This document shows positions 49,082 through 59,183 of a stretch of DNA of 64,000 nt, one piece after another. The translations under genes and the position numbers were made by a program. Every line of letters starts with the position of its first letter. The stretch's first letter is position 1. Under the pieces are notes generated by a model. It ran no database searches and was not told the DNA's origin. It saw only the letters and a program-made list of their open reading frames with translations. Origin of the DNA: an uncultured Phycisphaeraceae bacterium (GTDB lineage: Bacteria > Planctomycetota > Phycisphaerae > UBA1845); NCBI GenBank assembly GCA_964405925.1, contig CAYOQG010000002.1, forward strand, positions 2,132 through 66,131, written 5' to 3'.

Positions 49082-49569
49082 TGAGGATTACGAGAAGGGA
49101 TCTCACGTCGACAGCCCGGCTTCTGGCGGTGCGAAAACTCGCCGCCACCGAGCTTGACGACGAGACGTTGGTGGCCGTTGCCGAGCGGGCGTTAGCAGAG
49201 GGGCGAAAGCCGGCGGCGTTATTCCAGTGGATGCTGTCTCACCCGGAGTCGTGGGCGTGGGTGAGCGAAGAGGATAGAGCAGGGGCTCGGAAGCGGCTCT
49301 CAGAGTATGGAAGGGCCAAGCGTGGAGCGAAAGCCCGTCCGGTTCATGCGAAGCGGTCACAGACCGAGTGGGGCTCGTTCGGTCTTAAGCGGTTTTACGG
49401 AGTTGACATCAACTCAAAACGGTATGCATCTTCGGGATGGGAAGCCGAAGCGGCGGCAACCGCGGAGGCTTGGGAGAGGCGACTTCGCCGGCGAGCGTTT
49501 CGGGAGAGAGTCGAGAGGCTCGTGGGTGTCCTCGTGGTCGGGCTTGCCGTACTTTGGCTCTTCTTTTGA
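49078..49569 (+). CDS. Hypothetical protein with a C-terminal TM anchor
   Basis: The gene is translationally coupled (GTGATGA) to the upstream gene. The C-terminus is LVGVLVVGLAVLWLFF. Confidence 0.55.
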   Translation: MMRITRRDLTSTARLLAVRKLAATELDDETLVAVAERALAEGRKPAALFQWMLSHPESWAWVSEEDRAGARKRLSEYGRAKRGAKARPVHAKRSQTEWGSFGLKRFYGVDINSKRYASSGWEAEAAATAEAWERRLRRRAFRERVERLVGVLVVGLAVLWLFF

Positions 49570-49592
49570 GAGGCTCGTCGGGAAGCGACGGG

Positions 49593-49949
49593 CTATGCTG
49601 GCTGAGCCTTACGTTTGGTCGAGACGAACCGAATCTCGACTCGCTTATCGAGTGCGGCGGCGATGCGGCGTAGGACGGCGAGCGAATGGCCTTCATAGTC
49701 GGCGTCCTCAAGCCGACAGATGGCCGACGCGCTGGTGCCGACGAGCTTCGCTAACCTGCGTTGGGATAGCCCGGCGTTAGTGCGGAGGTCGTAAATCTTC
49801 TGGGCAATATCGAGGTTCGCCTCTTCTTCCGCCACGGAGGCAAGACGCTCGGGGTCGTTGCCGATGTAGCGGTCGTAGAGGTACTGAACGGCGTCAGATT
49901 TGGCCTTGCGCTTGTTGACGTTCTTCTTCGTGGCTTTCTTGTTGCTCAT
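49593..49949 (-). CDS. XRE-family HTH antitoxin (HigA-like)
   Basis: LRTNAGLSQRRLAKLVGTSASAICRLED is an XRE HTH. The gene has a 4-nt overlap with the upstream toxin gene. Confidence 0.8.
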   Translation of the reverse strand: MSNKKATKKNVNKRKAKSDAVQYLYDRYIGNDPERLASVAEEEANLDIAQKIYDLRTNAGLSQRRLAKLVGTSASAICRLEDADYEGHSLAVLRRIAAALDKRVEIRFVSTKRKAQPA

Positions 49950-50323
49950 GATTCGTCCTCGGGTTTGAACGTGTGGCTCGCAGGGTCTCGTTCAAACTCC
50001 TTCTTCCGTTCGACGGCTTTGTCGATTTCCATCGGCGGCACCCGTCGCTCTTTGGTCAGGCCGTGCGAGACCACGGTAGCTCTGCGGCCATGAAAGAAGT
50101 AAAGCATGCGGTAGTTGATACCTTCCAGGCCGACCCGTAGCTCATAGATATCGTCCCGCAGATAGTCTGCAATCGGACGGCGCAGCTCGTGGCCGAACTC
50201 CCGAAGTCGCTTGAGCCGGGCGAGGCACTTGTTCTGTGCCTTGGCCGACAAGCCGTCGAGCCATTCGACCAACGGGACGGTCCCATCGTCCTCCTTGAAA
50301 AAAACGAGCTCAATACGCGGCAT
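49946..50323 (-). CDS. RelE/ParE-superfamily toxin (HigB / Gp49-like, DUF891-type)
   Basis: VFFKEDDGTVPLVEWLDGL...IYELRVGLEGINYRMLYFFHGRRATVVSHGLTKE is the typical phage Gp49/HigB-like pattern. The toxin-first order matches HigBA. Confidence 0.8.
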   Translation of the reverse strand: MPRIELVFFKEDDGTVPLVEWLDGLSAKAQNKCLARLKRLREFGHELRRPIADYLRDDIYELRVGLEGINYRMLYFFHGRRATVVSHGLTKERRVPPMEIDKAVERKKEFERDPASHTFKPEDES

Positions 50324-50593
50324 CCCTGCCTCCTATATGTTATCAAATTTGAGAACAAAGTCAAGCGGTTTTTCGGGTGGTTCTTGCCGGACAGTCCGAA
50401 AACACCGCTTACGCAAGCCGTGGCCGATATTCTACGCGAGCGGAAGCGTCCGAACCAGAGGGGGCGCCCGAGATCGGGGCCGGTGTCGTTCGTCGTGTAC
50501 CGGATGGAGCACAACGTAGCCCGGGGCGTACCATGCGGTGGTGACCGTTATGCGGTGTCAGGATGCTGGGGGACTGGGGCTATCGGCGGCCGG

Positions 50594-51736
50594 CTAGATC
50601 GGCACGTCGTGGGAGGCGCTCTCGGATGTCCGGCGGCGGCGCTTGTCGTAGATCTGCGTTGTCGTGATGTGGCGGTGGCCGAGGAGTTCCTGGACCTTCA
50701 CGATGTCGACGCCAGCGTCTAGAAGCAAGGTCGCCACGGTGGCCCGCAGGGAGTGCGGGGTGTAGATGCACCGTATCCTTGTCGTTCCATCCGGGTCCGC
50801 GTGCTCCTTCATGGCACCGGGTAGGCGCTCAAGATAGCTCATGATTAGCTTGTACATCGTTACGGGGGCAAGAGCCCGGTTCCCGAGTCTCTTGCTCCGT
50901 GGGTTCAGCCTGACTCTGAAGAGGGCGCCGCTCGTGATGCCGGCCTGTTCGATGTACTGGCTAATGGCGTCCGCAGCGACGAAGTTGAGGCCGATGGTGC
51001 GCCGCTTCTTGCCTTTATCACCGACGCGGATCGTAGCCCCTACGCCCTCCTGGTGCAAATCCGCCACTCTGAGCTGCAATCCGGTGGTCAACCGGCACCC
51101 GCTGTAGAGATAGCACTTGAGGATGGCCCGGTCACGGTAGTCAAGCACGTTGTCGCCGCTGGGCAGTACCATCAACTGCCGAGCCCGGGTGACCGTAAGG
51201 GCCTTGGTCTCGTCCACCGGATCGGTCGATTCGCGGGAGATGAACTGGGCGTGCGCCGGATTGGGCACAACGATCGGCAGCCGCATGTCCGCTGCGGCGT
51301 TGGCCAGATACTTGTAGAAGCTGGAAACCGACGAAACCCGTCGGTTTAGCGTTTTCGGCGCGGCGCCGCTTGCGATGAGTTCGTCCCGCCAGTTTTGGAC
51401 GTCGGCGACCGACGCGGCAAGCATTCTCCAGGCCTCGTTCGGCCAGGTTATACCGAGAAACTCGATCAACGAGCGCAGATCCTGACGGTAGGCCCGCTGG
51501 GTGTGAGCACTGCTACGGCGGGTGACCCAGGTCTCGAAGGCCTCGGCCACAGAGAAGTAGAAGCGTTCAACGCGAGAGCGAACCTGGGGCGTGTCATTGC
51601 CGACGAGAATTCGGGGCAGTTCTTCGGTGTCGCGAACAACGGGCAGCGGTTTGTTCAATGGGCCTCCATGCCAATGATGTGTCACTACAAGCGGGGATCT
51701 CTGAGAAAGATAACAGATTTTATCTTTCCTGGTCAA
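50594..51736 (-). CDS. Tyrosine recombinase (XerC/D-like site-specific integrase), second copy in the element
   Basis: The N-terminal SAM-like segment is HTQRAYRQDLRSLIEFL. The catalytic C-terminus is TPHSLRATVATLLLDAGVDIVKVQELLGHRHITTTQIY. Confidence 0.9.
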   Translation of the reverse strand: MTRKDKICYLSQRSPLVVTHHWHGGPLNKPLPVVRDTEELPRILVGNDTPQVRSRVERFYFSVAEAFETWVTRRSSAHTQRAYRQDLRSLIEFLGITWPNEAWRMLAASVADVQNWRDELIASGAAPKTLNRRVSSVSSFYKYLANAAADMRLPIVVPNPAHAQFISRESTDPVDETKALTVTRARQLMVLPSGDNVLDYRDRAILKCYLYSGCRLTTGLQLRVADLHQEGVGATIRVGDKGKKRRTIGLNFVAADAISQYIEQAGITSGALFRVRLNPRSKRLGNRALAPVTMYKLIMSYLERLPGAMKEHADPDGTTRIRCIYTPHSLRATVATLLLDAGVDIVKVQELLGHRHITTTQIYDKRRRRTSESASHDVPI

Positions 51737-52028
51737 GGAAGAAAAGTGTCAGCATCTCGGCACTCCTGTAGCCGTGCGGAGGTGCCGTGACGAGTTGCTG
51801 ATGTGGTTCGGAACGAACTCCGAATAGACCACGCGCGGATTGGGTGACGCCGCGTGTATGCCCCTCGGCGCGGAATCCGGGGTCCTGTCGCAAGCCGGCC
51901 GAGAACAGCGCTGACAGTGGTCCGCGGCAGCCTTCGGGCATGGAGGGAGCGGTTTCCAGGTCATCCACCTAGAAGCCAGCGTATTTCAGGGCGATCGATT
52001 GCAGCGCAAAGCCGAGGCAGTTGTGTGG

Positions 52029-54668
52029 TCAGGGATTGGGGCCGGTGGCTGCCGCCTCGAAGTTAGCATAGTCCTCGAGATCTACGTCGAAATCCGCGTC
52101 CGTGTCGAAAAAGTCGCGACATGCCGCTTGAGGGATCAGGAAGGCAGGCGTCTCGGCGCCTCCGCTGAAGCACTTCATAAACGCCGCAAAATCACGCAAA
52201 TCCACATCACCGTCACGGTCGTAGTCGGCGAGCGCAGTGACGACCACCACATCTGCCGCTCCCATGTGAGCTCCGTTGGTGGCTGTTATGATGGTCGATC
52301 CGACCCGGTGACCCGTAACAACGCCTTCGGCATCCACGGTGGCAACTTCCGGGTCGGATGTCTCGTACGTGGTTCCCAATGATGCGGGTGTCAGATCTCG
52401 CTCGACTCCATCGTCGTAAGTGCCCATGACCGTGACGGCTTGTGTGGGCGCAAAGGCGAACAGGTACAGCATCTCCGGCCCCACGGAGATGCCGGTCAGC
52501 GAAGCGCCGACATCAACCTGGAGCAATAGCTCGACCGCCTCCGCGAAGTTCTGCTTGGCATCAAACGCAAAAGCCCCCAACCGAACCTCGCCGATCGAGT
52601 TCGCCGGTACGTCGATTAGCACGTCGAACGGCGCTTCCTCGTCAATCGCGGCATCGTTATCGGAGACTACCATCACGCGCACGGGAACAAAGCCTCCGGT
52701 ACCCTGAACCGTTACGGATAGCTCAGCCCCCGGCGTGACCGGGGTCCCTGGGAGTGGACTAACGATCTGAATCCCATCCTCAACGGCATGGGTCTGCTGT
52801 GGAAGCACGAACAAGGGGGTGCCGTTGCTTCGAAGAGCTCGGGGCGGAAACTCCGACGCAAATGTATCGCTGTTCACCTGAGCATTAAGGAGCTCAACCG
52901 CCCGATCGCTGATCCGCGTTTCGGCAGTCACCGTGGTATGAATCCCGAGTGCGAGCGGTACCATATTCAGCCCATAGACGCTGGTTTGGCTTGAACCAGT
53001 TCCCAACCCACCTTCCTGGCTGATGCGACCGACGATGAAGTCGTGTTGGAGTTCGGGAGGAAACAGGTCTTCAGGCAGTACGCCAAAGAACCGTAGTATG
53101 GTCAGCAACGTGCTCATCTCCGCCGGAAGGAGGCTCTCCATCCCCGCTTGGAGGATGTCAGACCCGCCTACACCCACGATGGCATGGGCCTGGACCTCTG
53201 CACCTGGCAGGTTTGACAAAACGTCACTGCTCGGTTGAAGATCTTCTACAGCACCGCAATCCACACAATGACGAATGAGTCGCATTGCTCTGTTGAAGAC
53301 CACCCCGTACAAGGGGTCGTTACTATACGCCATCAAGATGACCGCCAACGGAGACCCCAGGTGTGGCGTGTCCACTGTGATCAGTTTGTGGATGTCCCCC
53401 TCCCCGAAATTGTCGTTGCGGATGTAGTAAGCGTTGATGTTGCCGATGTACATGCGAGAGAGCAAGCCGCCCATGCTATGCCCGAAGACGTCCGCCTGAG
53501 TTGCGGCAATCCCCTGCTCACGCAACATTTCCACAGCCCGGGCGACACCCCAGCGGGCGAAACGCACATTACTGACAAAATGATCCGCGTGGTAAGGCCT
53601 GTAATCCTGGCGGCAAACGGTGAACCGTGGATCATTCACCAGCGCCCAAGTCCACGTGTCCCTGTCCGACCAAAGCCCGTGAAGGAGCATCACCGGCGGG
53701 CGGACGAGGTCGATTTGGCGAGTTGCGGTTATTTCAACGCTACCGCCGTCCGGGGTGAAAGTCATGTCTATGTTGATGGGACGCTCCACCAAGTTCTCAT
53801 CGGCCGGCGCCCGCACGAAGTCCTCCGGGGCGGTCAAGACCGCAAAGGCCATGTGCCGCCCGTCCGCTAGCTCCACGGTGGAGACCGACAGAGTTGTGAC
53901 GTGCTCGCGCCCGCCCGGCGTGCTCAATGTCCCCACGTCTGCCGGTGAACCGTTTTCATCCGAGACCCGAAACTCGACGCTCCCGGGTCCGCCCACTTCT
54001 GCCCGAACGAGGACACACGTGACCCCATCTCCCGCGAGACCCACAATCAGGCGCCCACCGGACGCCAGTTCGTTCGGATCACCAGCAACGTCACCTTGGT
54101 CAATCAACTCCGGGTTGGGATCGACGACCTCAATCTGCGCTACGCCTCTGACTATTGAGACATATACTCCACCCCGGTTGCCATCGTACCAACCTTTATG
54201 ATCAGCCGGGAGTAGGATTACCTCTTGCCCGGCGTCGAGAGTGACATCGACATGCATCCCCACGCCTGCTGCTTCTGCATTCTGGGCAGTTGTCCAGTAG
54301 CACCCGTTGTCGAGACCGAAATCAGGAGCATAAGGAGACTCGTACGGACAGTCCTGCGGAGGACAGGTCGACCATGGGGAGCGGTCGATATAACCCCAGA
54401 CGCGTGTGGTCCACCCCCAACACACCTGCGAGCCCGGGTCTGAACAATAGGGCTCCGGAAAAGATGCGTCGCAGCTCCAGGGGGACCAAGCACCTGCCGC
54501 AATCGTAAACCTGTATGTCCCTGAAGAATCCGGATGCCAACGCACCCCACTCAGCGAGTCCCCGGGTACGTATATATCTGTTATATCTGTCTGGGCGGCC
54601 GGGACAGGTAACACGGACATTGCTTGAGCAAGAGCTATCTGGAGATACAGAACTGGTAGGTTGCGCAT
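52029..54668 (-). CDS. Secreted alpha/beta-hydrolase (lipase/esterase-like) with a Big_2 Ig-like domain and a C-terminal dockerin-like motif
   Basis: The signal peptide is MRNLPVLYLQIALAQAMSVLPVPAAQ. The nucleophile elbow is VFGHSMGGLL, preceded by MLLHGLWSD. The Big_2-like segment is ETSDPEVATVDAEGVVTGHRVGSTIITATNG. DYDRDGDVDLRDFAAF lies near the C-terminus. The start is set at 54668. Confidence 0.8.
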   Translation of the reverse strand: MRNLPVLYLQIALAQAMSVLPVPAAQTDITDIYVPGDSLSGVRWHPDSSGTYRFTIAAGAWSPWSCDASFPEPYCSDPGSQVCWGWTTRVWGYIDRSPWSTCPPQDCPYESPYAPDFGLDNGCYWTTAQNAEAAGVGMHVDVTLDAGQEVILLPADHKGWYDGNRGGVYVSIVRGVAQIEVVDPNPELIDQGDVAGDPNELASGGRLIVGLAGDGVTCVLVRAEVGGPGSVEFRVSDENGSPADVGTLSTPGGREHVTTLSVSTVELADGRHMAFAVLTAPEDFVRAPADENLVERPINIDMTFTPDGGSVEITATRQIDLVRPPVMLLHGLWSDRDTWTWALVNDPRFTVCRQDYRPYHADHFVSNVRFARWGVARAVEMLREQGIAATQADVFGHSMGGLLSRMYIGNINAYYIRNDNFGEGDIHKLITVDTPHLGSPLAVILMAYSNDPLYGVVFNRAMRLIRHCVDCGAVEDLQPSSDVLSNLPGAEVQAHAIVGVGGSDILQAGMESLLPAEMSTLLTILRFFGVLPEDLFPPELQHDFIVGRISQEGGLGTGSSQTSVYGLNMVPLALGIHTTVTAETRISDRAVELLNAQVNSDTFASEFPPRALRSNGTPLFVLPQQTHAVEDGIQIVSPLPGTPVTPGAELSVTVQGTGGFVPVRVMVVSDNDAAIDEEAPFDVLIDVPANSIGEVRLGAFAFDAKQNFAEAVELLLQVDVGASLTGISVGPEMLYLFAFAPTQAVTVMGTYDDGVERDLTPASLGTTYETSDPEVATVDAEGVVTGHRVGSTIITATNGAHMGAADVVVVTALADYDRDGDVDLRDFAAFMKCFSGGAETPAFLIPQAACRDFFDTDADFDVDLEDYANFEAAATGPNP

Positions 54669-55689
54669 CGTGTCATCCTCCCGTTCCGGGCGCCCGGCGA
54701 CACCGGCGCGACGTGACTCCGGTGAGAAGCACCGGTCGCTGATCACCCGATCTCACAGCACGGCCATGACGGTGTTGCTGGCTTGGCCTTCGCCGGCTTT
54801 GTTGACCGCGATGACGCGGTATTCCCATTCCTTGCCGCGCTCCTGATTCGAGTAGGTAATCCTCGCTTTGGCTCGGTGACAGTCCGGTCAGATGCGGCGG
54901 TTTCCGGCCGATGCTTGGCGGCCGGTCCATCCGACGCGCCAAGCCCCCTCGCAGCCGTCGCGTCCGCCGAGGCTGCCCTGTCAACGCGATGCCGCTATCG
55001 TACACAATCGCCGAACGTGCGCCAACCAGAGATGGGGGCGGTTCGAGTGAGAATTGAACGCGATCGACCAAGATGGTGGGCGTTCCGGCGGGCGGGAGCG
55101 ACGCGGGAACATAGGTTCGCTCGGTGTCGATGGCCCGGCTCCGTGGGTCCGCCGATTCATTTGCCTAAATGGGGATCGGCGTCAAGTCACGCCGTTAAAG
55201 CCGCCGGGGCGAATCTGCAGACGCGAACCCTGGTAGCGGCGCCGGCCAAATGGGACGTGCGTCAGCGCAAACGCGCGGACCGTTGCGGCTACGCCCTCAA
55301 GAAAGCGGGCGCCGAGCTTATCTCCCACAACGTCGCATTCGAATTGGATGATCTGCAGGCTCTCAATGACCGCATCGAGGTTCTCGCCGAGAGATGTTGA
55401 GAACTGTCGCTGATGCGACGGCTCAACAGGCTCATAATCCGTTCGGTTGTCCATAATCCCAGCATGCCATAACTCGGGGTCCGGTTGCAACCCAATCGTG
55501 CTGTGCGTTCGTCGTATGCAGAAAAAACGAGAAGTCCAGTCTCCTTTACTGAGTGGAGAGCACAGCGATGAATCGCCCGGCGCGGGTGGAGCGCGGACAC
55601 GTAGCGTGCGCTGCTGATGACGAACGAGGAAGAGAGATTCGGTGGTGCGGTGAACCTTCTTCCGTTCGCCTGGGCCTCGGCGGCCGATC

Positions 55690-56073
55690 TCAGGCTGCAA
55701 GGGCCAGGAGTTGGCCGGCCTTCTCGTCGGCTTCGGTTCGGTCGCCGGCGTTTGCGAACTTGCCGGAGAGCCGCGTCAGCGCGTCCACGATCGAGAAGAT
55801 CGTAAACCGCCCCCGCTGCTCGGCAATCTTCAGCGCCTCTTTGGCCAGCGTGCGAGTGATCCCGTGCTTGGCGAGTGTCTTGGCGACTTCTTCGGCGTCG
55901 TCGCCAAGCTTCGTCTGCATGGCTTGCTTGATCACCCGAGCGAAGCCGTCGCGTCGCGCGTCCCGTTGCTCGACCAGATTCAGAATGATCTGGCGAATCT
56001 GGTTCAACGACTCGTGCACGTTGGCCGTGTGTTTGCGGCTGAATTCCACGACTTCGACCGCATCCCAGACGAT
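55690..56073 (-). CDS. DUF932-like protein, exon 2 (127 codons plus stop)
   Basis: It begins ATC GTC TGG GAT (IVWDAVEVVEFSRKH...) immediately after the intron 3 3' end. It is in frame with exon 1 when 58473 is joined to 56073. Confidence 0.75.
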   Translation of the reverse strand: MVWDAVEVVEFSRKHTANVHESLNQIRQIILNLVEQRDARRDGFARVIKQAMQTKLGDDAEEVAKTLAKHGITRTLAKEALKIAEQRGRFTIFSIVDALTRLSGKFANAGDRTEADEKAGQLLALAA

Positions 56074-58472
56074 GTAGAGTAGATGGCTGACGAGGTATTC
56101 CGACGAATCGGAACCCTTTTCCAACCATCCCTCCCCGAACCGGACTTGACCCTTTCAGATCATCCGGCTCTCCAGTGTCTTCGCGTCCTTGCGTGTCCTT
56201 GTCGGGCGTCCGTCGTGGATCGCCCGATGACAAGCGTGGCAAACCACCAGGGTCTTGCGACGGCGCGCGGCCATCACCCGAACCCACAGCGGTTTGTCCG
56301 ACCGTCCCGGCCTGCTCAAATCCTTGAGCGCGCGAATGTGATGGACCTGAACGGTTTCCCGTGATCCACACAACTCGCACTCATCGGCAAGCAGGCGTTG
56401 AACCAGTTCCGCCATGTTGATCATGGGAACCGGTTCGCGGTCGACAAGTTCTGTGTCGAGCCTCCGGGCCAAGGATATGGCACCCCAGCGAGCAATCAAC
56501 GGCGGTTTGTCGCCGCGATCGATCCGAACTTCCAGCACCCGTCGGGGGCCGTGCTCGGTCTCGATCGTTGTGCCGTACCGGTCGTAGATCTTCGGAACGC
56601 TGATCCGCAACTTGGCGGCCAGCGTCCGCATCAACGAACCGTGCATGGCCCATTTGAGCCGACTGAAGTCACGAGTGTTGTGAGCCATGATGTAGTAATT
56701 CACGATGCCTCGATACACACTCTGATGCTGGGCCACGATGTCAAACACCGAATGCTCCAGTAGTTCAGGGCGGTGTGCCGGTCGACCGTGTTTTACATAC
56801 GGCTCACTCTTAGCTCGGATGACGTCCTTTGGCACCCTCAGGCCAATGACTCCGTTAACGGATCGTTGTCCATTGGTGTGCTTCCGGTCGTCCTGCGTCA
56901 CGCACAGGTCGTAGCCGAGGAATCTCGCCTTCTCCGAGCGCCCATGCGTGATGAGCGTTTTCTCTTCGGAGAGTTCCAGCTTGAGCTGCTCCCGAAGGAA
57001 TGAGCCAAGCTGGTGCTTGATGCCCTCAGCCTCCTGGCGTGTCCCAACGAATCCCAGCAGGAAATCATCGGCGTACCGAACGTACTTGAGCCGCCGATAC
57101 TCCGGGTCGTCCATGACTCGCGACGGAAGCTGCTGCGCCTGCTTGAAAAGCCGGCGGGCCTCTTCCTCACGTCCCAGACGCCGGAGATACCGCGACCGAT
57201 GGTACAACCGTCCGTACTCCGGATTCGGTTTCCGATCATTTCCCCGGGTGTTCACCGGGATGAGCGTCTGCTCGACGAACTTGTCCAGCCGGTCAAGGTA
57301 GATATTACTGAGGATGGGGCTCACGATTCCCCCTTGCGGCGAGCCGCTGAGGGTGCCGTGATACTTCCAGTCCTCCAGGTATCCAGCCTTGAGTAGGTTC
57401 TCGATCAACCGCAAGAAGCGATTGTCGAGGATTCTCTCGCAGAGCATCGATACCAGGACCGTATGGTCGAGATTATCGAAACAGCCGCGGATATCCCCTT
57501 CGATGAACCAAACCGTTCCTCTCCAGTTGAAGTAGATTTCCCGCAGGGCCGTATGACAGCCACGGCACGGCCGAAACCCGTGGGAATGATCGCTGAATTG
57601 CGGCTCGTAGTACGCCTCCAGGAGCGAGCGAATCACTTCTTGCAGAAGCTTGTCGCTCCAAGTGGGCATGCCCAACGGGCGCAGTTTCCCGTTCTTCTTC
57701 GGGATGTACGTCCGCCGAACCGGCGTCCAGCGATACCGCTCGAAGCGCAAAGCATCAATGATGTCCTGAATCTTCGTAAGCGACATTCCGTCAACGGTTT
57801 CTTCCGTGACACCGCGCGTCATGGCCCCGTCGTTGCGGTAAATCTTCCCATACGCCTGGAGATACAGCGCCGGCTTGTAGAGTTGCCGATACAGATTCTG
57901 TAGCGGCAATCCACGCTCGCCACGACTACGGATGATGTTCAACAAGACTTCGGCGTTTCGCATCCTGCGTACCCTGGTCTCCTGAACATCGAAGACACCT
58001 GCCTCCCTTCGCCATGTGGTCGGCTTTCCCGACCTCGGACTACTACGGAGGCTCCGTCACCTTAGGGCTCGCGCCCCGTAGGCGATCCCGTATTCCCTAA
58101 TCGTTAGCATTCACAGCGTGACTTAGGCGCCCCGTTCGTCCCCTTGAGCGGTCTCCTTGACCGCCGCCTGCGGACCAGAAGGTCCGACGGCAATCACATA
58201 ATCCGTCGTCAGCCCGCAGCATCGCTAAGCGTGGTCGCGATGGATGTGCGCAATGCATCACCGGAGACTGGGATTCAGGCAGTTTAGCTTTCGCCATATC
58301 ACGCGGGTCTTGCGGCACTCTGCCGTACACGCTTTCCGACAGCCACCGCTTTACCAGCATGCGATTGTCCCCCTTGGCTTTCGCCGCAAGGTAGGCTGGT
58401 TAACCCAGGAGGTTTCCTTCTGAACCTCCTCCCGACTGTGTCGGGTCTCTAACGACTGGTGAAACGGCGCAC
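56074..58472 (-). mobile_element. Group II intron 3 (paralogue of intron 1) inside the DUF932-like gene
   Basis: The minus-strand 5' end is GTGCGCCGTTTCACC at 58472. Domain V is at 56137..56170 (GAGCCGGAUGAUCUGAAAGGGUCAAGUCCGGUUC). The 3' end is ...CCAUCUACUCUAC at 56074. Length is 2399 nt. Confidence 0.85.
56155..57963 (-). CDS. Group II intron reverse transcriptase/maturase/HNH endonuclease
   Basis: The N-terminus is intact (MRNAEVLLNIIRSRGERGLPLQNLYRQLY). RT motifs are SPQGGIVSPILSN and YVRYADDFLL. The X domain is YRGIVNYYIMAHN. The HNH domain is CELCGS...VHHIRAL...CHACHRAIHDG. Confidence 0.9.
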   Translation of the reverse strand: MRNAEVLLNIIRSRGERGLPLQNLYRQLYKPALYLQAYGKIYRNDGAMTRGVTEETVDGMSLTKIQDIIDALRFERYRWTPVRRTYIPKKNGKLRPLGMPTWSDKLLQEVIRSLLEAYYEPQFSDHSHGFRPCRGCHTALREIYFNWRGTVWFIEGDIRGCFDNLDHTVLVSMLCERILDNRFLRLIENLLKAGYLEDWKYHGTLSGSPQGGIVSPILSNIYLDRLDKFVEQTLIPVNTRGNDRKPNPEYGRLYHRSRYLRRLGREEEARRLFKQAQQLPSRVMDDPEYRRLKYVRYADDFLLGFVGTRQEAEGIKHQLGSFLREQLKLELSEEKTLITHGRSEKARFLGYDLCVTQDDRKHTNGQRSVNGVIGLRVPKDVIRAKSEPYVKHGRPAHRPELLEHSVFDIVAQHQSVYRGIVNYYIMAHNTRDFSRLKWAMHGSLMRTLAAKLRISVPKIYDRYGTTIETEHGPRRVLEVRIDRGDKPPLIARWGAISLARRLDTELVDREPVPMINMAELVQRLLADECELCGSRETVQVHHIRALKDLSRPGRSDKPLWVRVMAARRRKTLVVCHACHRAIHDGRPTRTRKDAKTLESRMI

Positions 58473-59183
58473 ATGATTCGCGCAGATCGACTGGTACCAG
58501 AACGTTTGGACGCCGACCGAGCGCCGACCCACCTCCGAGTTCCAGAGGAAAAACCCCGGCGCGAAAGCCTCGCCGTCGATCTCCGCCCAGCCGGCCGGGT
58601 CGATCAGGAAACAGAACATGTCCTGTTCACCGCAGTACAGTCCGCTGGCACGCGACTCCTCGGGCTCCGGGTCGGGGTCAAACGGGATGTCGTCATCCAC
58701 CGTGGAACCCGTCGGCTGCGGTATACCGGCCTTTTGCGGCGGCTGAAAGTCCGTGGCAAACTCCCGGACCATCGTGAGCAGGTCCGCGTTGTAGAGCCGC
58801 GTGTAGCTGGCACCATGGATGGCCCGCACGGTGTTGTCCATGGTCAGCGCCTGCAGCGGCTTGCCGTCCGAGGGCAGCGTCTCGAAGAAGACGCGGCCCG
58901 CCGTCTCGGCCGACACTTTGTTCAGCGTGTCCTTGCTCACCCCGGCCAGGCGGCAGAGCTGCGAGTAGCTCCAGTCGTTCATGTCGAACGTGCCGTCCTG
59001 GCCGAGCGCGAGCTGGAAGCGGCCGCCGACAGGCTCGGCCTTGATCCCCTGCGGCGGATGCCAGCGGTCGACCGACCGCTCCTTCTCGTCGTGGCAATGC
59101 TGCCACAGGTCGACGAGTGAATCGAAACGCTCATCGGGACCTCGTCGAAACAATTCGTTGTGTGCACGTGTGAGGTTTTGCAT
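58473..59183 (-). CDS. DUF932-like protein, exon 1 (237 codons)
   Basis: An RBS (aaggagaatccg) precedes ATG 59183. The sequence reads MQNLTRAHNELFRRGPDERFDSLVDLWQHC...FWYQSICANH, followed by the intron GTGCG. The family name is recalled from ICE/plasmid 'DUF932' proteins and has not been searched. Confidence 0.8.

Noticed and set aside
54753-55100. An FN3-like C-terminal peptide (KARITYSNQERGKEWEYRVIAVNKAGEGQASNTVMAVL*), considered as a gene
   Set aside because: Only ~40 codons are open in that frame, and the upstream parts shift frame. At best this is a pseudogene remnant. It is mentioned under the cargo-cassette finding but is not annotated as a feature.
55182-55454. A possible 90-aa minus-strand gene (MDNRTDYEPVEPSHQ...)
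   Set aside because: Both strands give equally plausible short amphipathic reads, the C-terminal half is Arg-rich, and no RBS or motif is present. The support is insufficient.
57315-57345. acgattccccc, which resembles the tmRNA 3' end (ttcgattcccccc), considered as a possible attR
   Set aside because: It lies inside the RT coding sequence (it encodes QGGIVSP on the minus strand). The match is too short and is a coincidence.
42715-57963. The three RT genes considered as retron, DGR or defence-associated reverse transcriptases
   Set aside because: Each is flanked by GTGCG 5' ends and by domain V/VI structures. Each also contains a maturase X motif, and two have HNH domains. They are therefore ordinary group II intron IEPs. 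No msr/msd-like or TR/VR repeats were seen.
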